The translations under genes were made by a program, and so were the position numbers. Of a DNA stretch of 64,000 nucleotides, positions 57,606 to 64,000 are shown piece after piece (the stretch's first letter is position 1; every line of letters starts with the position of its first letter). This DNA is from Amphiscolops sp. MND2022 (Eukaryota). Location: NCBI GenBank assembly GCA_964187785.1, contig OZ076412.1, positions 30,256,001-30,320,000 of the forward strand. The letters run 5' to 3'. The notes under the pieces were generated by a model. The model was given only the letters and a program-made list of their open reading frames with translations, was not told the origin of the DNA and ran no database searches.

Positions 57606-60600
57606 GCATGTTAAGAAACTTGTATCAACAGCAAAGTGTGAAAAAAAGCTTTTCCTCACAAATTCATGATTGGCGGTAGTTTTGGAGATTGACGTTTTCA
57701 AAGTGCTGCTCGGTGCAATCTTTGTAATTATTATTAGGTATAAGAAACGTTTCAAATAGTCCAACATTTTTTGTTGGCTAAATAAGTTTTGGATTCCATT
57801 TTTATTGCGAACTTTTCATGTAGCTGAAAATCCATGGTTTTGTAATTTTTGAAAAGAACAAAAGTAATGGTCAAACTATGTACGTAATTATCCAACGAAT
57901 TAACGAACGTGAATTTGCAAAATGATATAAAAGTCCTCCAACCCATGGCGTTAGTAGTTCTACGGTAGGAATGCCGCCAACGTAGCCTTGGCATGTCATG
58001 AACGTTTCAGTTGATAGACGTGGACGAAAAAGGAGGCTTTATAAATGCCAAAGTCTGGATGTACATCACTTACTTTTTGGAGCACTTGGCGTGGGACCCG
58101 GCTGTCAACAATATCTACTCAGTCCAGCTTCCCGGTTGAAAATAAAAGTATTGAACAAGACGGGAACGTCTAAAATCAGCGCCATATCTAAGGCTCAAAA
58201 AGCTCAAACTTTTTGAAATTGTAAAAGGGGGACCCTTTGGGTTTTTTGAAAATCCAATTTGTTGCGGGGTGTAACGTCTCAAACTTCGGATATAGCGTGC
58301 TGGCCCAAATGGGAGCGCTTTTTTAACCTCCGCCTCCTCCTTGGTAAAACGGAATATAATTCGGATATAACGTCAAAAATTCGGATATAGCGCTTTACTC
58401 AGGATATTACGTCCAAGTTTCGGATAGTTCTGGAAAAATTATTGGTAAGTATATACTGAGAAAACCTAATTTCAGACGAAAAATCACAATTTTGAACAGT
58501 CTCATAGTGCCGAAAAATCTAAAATAGGGGACCCTTTGGCATTGTTTAATATCTATTATGTTACAAAATATTTTAAAAATTGAAAGGGGGACCCTTTCGA
58601 GACATTAAAAAAAATATTCAAGAAAAAAACGAAAAATCGAAGAATTTTTAGTCAGTCTCATAGTGCAGAAAAACTTGAAAGGGGAGACCCTTTGGGCTTT
58701 TTGAAACTTCAATTTGCTGTAAAATTCCAAAAAACTTGAAGGGGGGACCCTTTGGAGACAACAAAAAATTTCGAAAAAAAGTCGCACAGTGCCGAAAAAA
58801 ACTCAAGGAGGGACCCTATAGTCTCGTCCGGTTTTGTATCTTATCCTAAATGCGCTCCCCGTTTGCCGGTCCAGTAGTTTAGTACTGTAACTAGTAGTTG
58901 AACGTTAATTTTAACGTTCGTCGCTCCGAGTCTGTCTTAAAAAAAGAAAAAAAACGAGTGACTGTAATAGTCGGGCTCTTTTATTAATAAAATCGCCGAC
59001 TAAAAACAAGATAGACATTCAGATTTTCAATTGAAAATTACAGGGGTTTCTACACTGGAGAATTAACACTGAATAACCTAGCGGTACTTTGAAGCCTACC
59101 TTTCTTTAACTTCTGAGCCGTTTTGTTAACAGCCTATATTCTTTAGCAGTTTTTATCCAACAATTTGCTGGCACTGTGTTTGATTTGAACGTCACAAGCA
59201 TTGAAAAAGTAAACTCGTCTCCAAAACCGAGAAAAATGGATTTTTGTTGCAAAAAAGTTACATTTTGCCAAAATTCCGTGTTTGGCAAAGTCTAGTTTTC
59301 TCAAAAGTCCTTGATCCATAAACAAAGGCAATCCCATACCCTTCCACAACAAGACCTTGTGCAACAAAATCAATTAATATGCTGTTGTTACTACAAGCCC
59401 CTGTGTTCAAATGAAAGTGTATCTATTCAAATGATCTTTTAATCTCAGTATTCAATTGAAAACGCTTGTAATTTTTGAGAGGTTTCTGAAATTAATATCT
59501 TATAATTTTCAACCTCATCTTCAATCGAGCAAACACGGTTTGGACCCCAGATATAACATTTTATGACGTCACCAAAATGACCTATGACCTTTATTCGGAC
59601 CAGCAGATTCAAAGTTTTGGAATGGTCATCTGCAAATCGACCATTGTCAACGTTTTCCTCACATGCAGTTTCAACGTCCGATTGTTCCCTTTCGATACAC
59701 AGGTTTGCAGTTTGACATGATTTATTATTCATAGATCACTGCAAGTCAGATGTTGCTACTAGGAAACAAAATATATGGTAAATCTAGCAGAGGACTCTAA
59801 TACGACATGGTGAACATTAGCAGTTCGTATGGTCCAGGACTTAGAAGTGTTAGGCCACACTAGGGACACACTGCCCGAAAAGTAGCAAAGCAGCCCTTTT
59901 GTTCACTTTTACGAGGAGTAACAGTTAGGCGTAAAATAACGTGAATTGATGAATTGTTCGAACATGAGTCCCAAAAGAAGTCAGCGAAAAGCACCAATCA
60001 ACACGATACGAGAATTATTTCAAAAGTGAGTATTTGTTAGGCGCTGAAAAGCCGGGAATTAAACATACAGGCGTGAAAAGTCCTTTTTAGGCTATTTCCA
60101 GACAATTTTTGGATGTTTTTACGTTCGCCATATGTACGTGTTGTTCTCCATGTTTCTTCTGCTAAAATCAGTGTCATTCTCGAACACAAAATGCTGTCAC
60201 AAAAAGCAACTGCTGTAACGATTAGTTTTTCCTTTTCTTCCAGACATTCCCAACTCATGTTTAAAGGCCCTTTTCTTGAAAAAAGTGCATCGTATTCTAA
60301 TTGACATATTGGGACAGTAGTCCACTTCAGATACGATGCAACCAATATACGTACGTATTTCAACAGCTATTTGATTGAACTCAATGGTCTAAAATCGTCT
60401 TCACCCTAGTTTAAAAAAATGCTTATCTTGCAAGATTCTTACATTTTTATCTTTAAAGAAAATGCATTTTTCTTGAAGAAATCTTGCAAGAATCTTTCAA
60501 GATAAACATTTTGTCAATGATAATATGACAAATTTATTGGAGCCATATTTCGGGGTCTGGGTTTTAGGGATGGTTGGGTTTATGAGTTTGAAACCTGGAA

Positions 60601-63215
60601 GCGTTTAAAATTGCACTATTCGCTCGCTAGTTTGCGCAGCCAAAAAGCAATCGTGATAAACCTCTTAACCTTTACACTCGCTCCACTCTCTAGAAAAAAC
60701 ATGGTAAACCTATTGTAGAATCGGAAAAAAACGTTTTCTTGTTTTCTCCAATTATTTTTTTCTACAAAATTTCTGTTTCCCGACACTGTGCGCTGAAGTT
60801 TGGACCCGATTGATTTTTCATACAGTTCCAAAACGTTTAGAGCATGACGCTTCAAAAAACTGTTTTAACTTGCATTCACATGCCTCACACGTGACTCGTT
60901 GAAAATTGCTAGACAATTATTTTGGAATAACGGCTGAAATCTAGGATATCATTTGAAGAATTAGAAGTCTCTTACAAAATAGTTGTAGGTAATCCGTCGT
61001 CTTGCATAGATCAGAATTGAAATCATCATGCTAATTCAGTAATGAGGTATTTGGTTTCCAGGAATGTGTTTTCACAGCTGGTCATTGGGCTTCTACAAAC
61101 TCAGCGTACAGATTGTCCATTAACCCAACGTATCACACTAAAACAGACAGACTGGACTTGCAGTACTTCGAGCAGTCTGGCCAGTGGCATCTCATCCAAC
61201 CAGTTTACATGCGTTTGGGAGGCCGCTCCTTCAAAGGCATGCAACTCAGTTCAGCTTCACTAGCACTCACTAATTAGAAATCGGTTAATGGCTGAAACGT
61301 CATTATCGTTAGTTGGATGTAACTTTTCGCCTCGATAGTGTGTTTACAAGTGACTGTATAGGAAAACGTTAAATACTTAACGGAGGCTTCAAATTTGTTT
61401 TAGGATCTGAATTTAATATTTAAATATTTTTTGAATAGTTATATTAATTTCTTTGATAAACTCAGTTAATTTTTATATTTTTATAAACACAACGAAATTT
61501 CTCGCGACGAGGTTTCTGACGACTGAAATTTTAGATTTGCTAATACGGCGAAATTTCCCAAGACCAAAATTCCGCCTTCCCAAACTGCACTGTAATCCTA
61601 CAAAATTCACCACCGGAAGCATCCGGATTTTTCTAGGTCTCAACAAACGTTCCCATGCAATGTACACCTGCAGCATATTAAGCGTTCCAGCAGTTAGGAC
61701 TAAGGACGCGCATTACTTCTTTAAACATAAATTTGTATGCTTCTGTTTTGAATAATTTTTGTCAATGAGGACTTGTGGGTTCGATTATTTGTGGCATTTT
61801 CAATATGTTTTGAAATTTTCTGTGGCCAACAGTAAGTTTTTGTGCAGATGTGAAACTTTCACGCGTGATTGTGCTTGTTGATGGCTTTTCTAGATTATGA
61901 AATGTAATTATACAACCGGGCGATTCTGATTCCAATTCAACATGTTTCTATTACCTGGTTGGTGTAGCAATTAGTTTCTCTTAACCGCGGTTCTTTTAAC
62001 CGAGTTCGACTGAATCACGTCTTTAGTTTCAAAACCAAAAAATGTGTATGAGCTTTGTTTTTGTCCATATTCTATGAAATCACAAATAAATTTGTTTGTG
62101 AGGAAGCTGATACTAATTTAGGCATGGACTACTGGCAGTATGACACCATTGTGTTCACCTTCAAATTCAAACGTCACCCCACATTTTATGTGAACGTACT
62201 TCTCTTGCCTTCTATCATGATGGCCTTTCTATCCATCCTCTGCTTCCTGCTTCCAGTCGAGAGTGGGGAGAAAGTGTCGCTGGGAATTACAGTTTTGCTA
62301 TCTCAAGCTGTTCAACTTCTAGTGTTATCAGATGTGTTGCCACCCTCTTCCAAAGATTTCCCAATTCTCGCACAATTCGTGGTCTTTACAATTGTGCTGA
62401 TTTCAGGGGTGTAAAAATTTCGACCTGTCGTATTGACAGTCGGCCAACTCGAAGCCCCGATATTTTGAGAAAAAATAAAATGAACCTGATTCATGAATTT
62501 CAGAAAAAGCTGAAGTTCCAATATCCGCAAAAGTTGGTTCAATACTCATAGTTGGTTGATGAACATCAAGTAATTTCGGTTTCAATTTTTCAACATTTGC
62601 TACTAGTTACCAGAAATCACTACAAATTATTGACACTACAAGTATTTGTTAGGTCGAATAAAAACACTGGAAAACACTTGAATATTAATTTTGTTATATT
62701 TAGCTTTTTTGTGCAGATTTCTACATTCTAGATATTTCGACATAGATGTTTTGTAGGTAAAACTAAATTTTACACCACTACGTGGTATGGTATCAGTCTC
62801 AGTCGTGACGTCAGTGCTAGTTGTTCGAACTTATCTCACTCCGGAGTGTAAAACTTTTCCTCCACTGGGCGTGAAAGCTGTAAATTCCTACATTATGAAG
62901 CTACTTCTCATTCCAACTCTCGATGAAAAAGTTCTCGGAGACGGTCAAAAGCATCAGAAAAGTCGAAAAAAGAGCTCCAATCAAATATCACCTCAGTTTA
63001 AGGCGGCCGAAGCCTCGAGAGTTCAGAGAGGAAATGTAGCTGAAGATAATATACAAAGCAGTGATGTTGACACAATGTCTGAAGATGACAAGAAATTGCG
63101 AAATACTCTGGGCTGGAAACTTTTATCAGAGCTAATTGACCGTTTTGTTCTGATCTTGTACATTACAGCCTTGACGGGTGGATCTATTTACTACATTGTG
63201 GCGCTTTTAACATGA
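57429..63215 (+). CDS. Cys-loop ligand-gated cation channel subunit, non-alpha nAChR-like, ~450 aa; join(57429..57605,58011..58134,59530..59702,61062..61236,62122..62406,62797..63215)
   Basis: Signal peptide; YQ-LIDVDEK; WDP; VWTPDITFY; Cys-loop CSFNVRLFPFDTQEC (C-x13-C); GHW; SGQW; KRHPTFY; M1-M2 linker ESGEKVSLGITVLL; LPPSS; M4 IDRFVL. Junction 5/6 is unresolved. Confidence 0.88.
58011..58134 (+). CDS. Channel exon 2 (LIDVDEK...WDP...VQLP)
   Basis: GTTTCAG acceptor; G|GTTGAA donor phase 1. This reading frame is not in the supplied ORF list. Confidence 0.85.
58154..59006 (-). mobile_element. Complete HINE copy in channel intron 2
   Basis: Reverse 3' end AACAAGACGGGAACGTC at 58154; reverse 5' end ACTGTAATAGTCGGGCTC...CGCCGACTAAAAA ending 59006. 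Confidence 0.78.
59530..59702 (+). CDS. Channel exon 3 (loop A to Cys-loop FPFDTQ)
   Basis: AG 59528-59529 phase 1; CAG|GTTTGC donor phase 0. Confidence 0.88.
61062..61236 (+). CDS. Channel exon 4 (ECVFTAGHW...SGQW...SFK)
   Basis: TTTCCAG acceptor phase 0; AAG|GCATGC donor (or weak GT at 61249), phase 1. Confidence 0.82.
62122..62406 (+). CDS. Channel exon 5 (loop C, M1, M2, start of M3)
   Basis: AATTTAG acceptor phase 1; ORF 62055-62414. Confidence 0.88.
62797..63215 (+). CDS. Channel exon 6 (end of M3, intracellular loop, M4)
   Basis: GTATCAG acceptor; ORF to TGA 63213-63215. Confidence 0.82.
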
Positions 63216-64000
63216 TGATAAGAAAAATGAAAAAAATAACGACCGAAATGTCCACACTTTGGTCATGAACACCGGAATCACGGAACCTGCATTATCTACT
63301 TCTAAATCTAGGTTTCCTTTAAAGACGCATAACTTCTCCGTAAAAATTGTATCAAATCATCCGTATGAAATCACATTGGATCTTTCAGCTCTTGTCAACG
63401 GAAGTCGTGAACAACTTTCATTTACTTTTTATTGAATGGCATAAAAATTTTGGTAACTAATCTGAAAACTGACAAACTTGTTGAATTAAATATTTATACA
63501 AAGCTTTACTTCATTCAAACTACTTGATTGGAAGAAACAACTGTTGACCAGAGATTCTTTCAGAAACAATAGACCCATCGTGATTGGAACAGGCTATTTA
63601 TACTGATGCTCTTGAATATATAAAATTCTATACATATTTATATTGTTATCACCCATTTGAACATAAACAAACAACCATGTTGGTCGCGTTTTGTCTATTT
63701 TTGGTATCATGATATCGTCGTCACAATGCTATTAATAGTTACAGGGTCTATGTTTAGAGTTTTGACATAACAAAACCTGAGTGTCATCCCACTTACCCAT
63801 GCCCAAGTCGGCAGACATTCATGCATTCATTAAAATACGTTGAAAACTCACTTGAGAGGTTAAAGAAAGACAGGAAATGAAACTTTGTCCTGAAAAGATC
63901 TTTTCAATGCCTTCCACGAGGAGACAAAAAGCAACGGCAAGGCGTTTAAGAGCAATGGACATCCTCTCCAAAAGTGAGAACATTGATGTAATGTTAGGAG

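Noticed and set aside
61078-61080. Acceptor TTCACAG at 61077 as the start of channel exon 4
   Set aside because: Would drop the second Cys-loop cysteine or shorten the C-x4-G spacing; the acceptor at 61061 gives the correct ECVFTAGHW.
62717-62756. 40-nt candidate micro-exon (GTGCAG...TAG|GTAAAA) that could fix the M3 phase problem
   Set aside because: Contains an in-frame stop with either available upstream donor.

Overview
Eukaryotic (invertebrate animal) genomic DNA: AT-rich, intron-containing and dominated by transposable elements. The taxon cannot be fixed from the window alone. Three host genes, all on +, were reconstructed by hand from splice signals and reading-frame phase. (1) A two-exon RBM4/lark-like double-RRM gene lacking the CCHC knuckle (858-2561). 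(2) A 14-exon, ~965-aa uncharacterised gene (14548-41385) with a ~600-aa Ser/His/Asp-rich disordered N-terminus and a C-terminal papain/C39-like Gln-Cys...His...Asn domain. (3) A six-exon non-alpha nicotinic-acetylcholine-receptor-like Cys-loop channel subunit (57429-63215) that appears to use GC-AG introns. Most of the remainder is nested mobile DNA: a very abundant non-autonomous Helentron/DINE-1-like family (at least 14 3' ends; subterminal IRs, co-varying terminal hairpin, several copies with tRNA-like Pol III A/B-box modules), a decayed CRE-like RLE non-LTR retrotransposon, a DD34E Tc1 relic, two BEL/Pao and two Gypsy (Mag-like) LTR relics, an I-group/Ingi-like LINE fragment, and piggyBac-, pogo- and hAT-type MITEs with visible TSDs. 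All exon coordinates and family assignments are manual and unverified by database search or RNA-seq.
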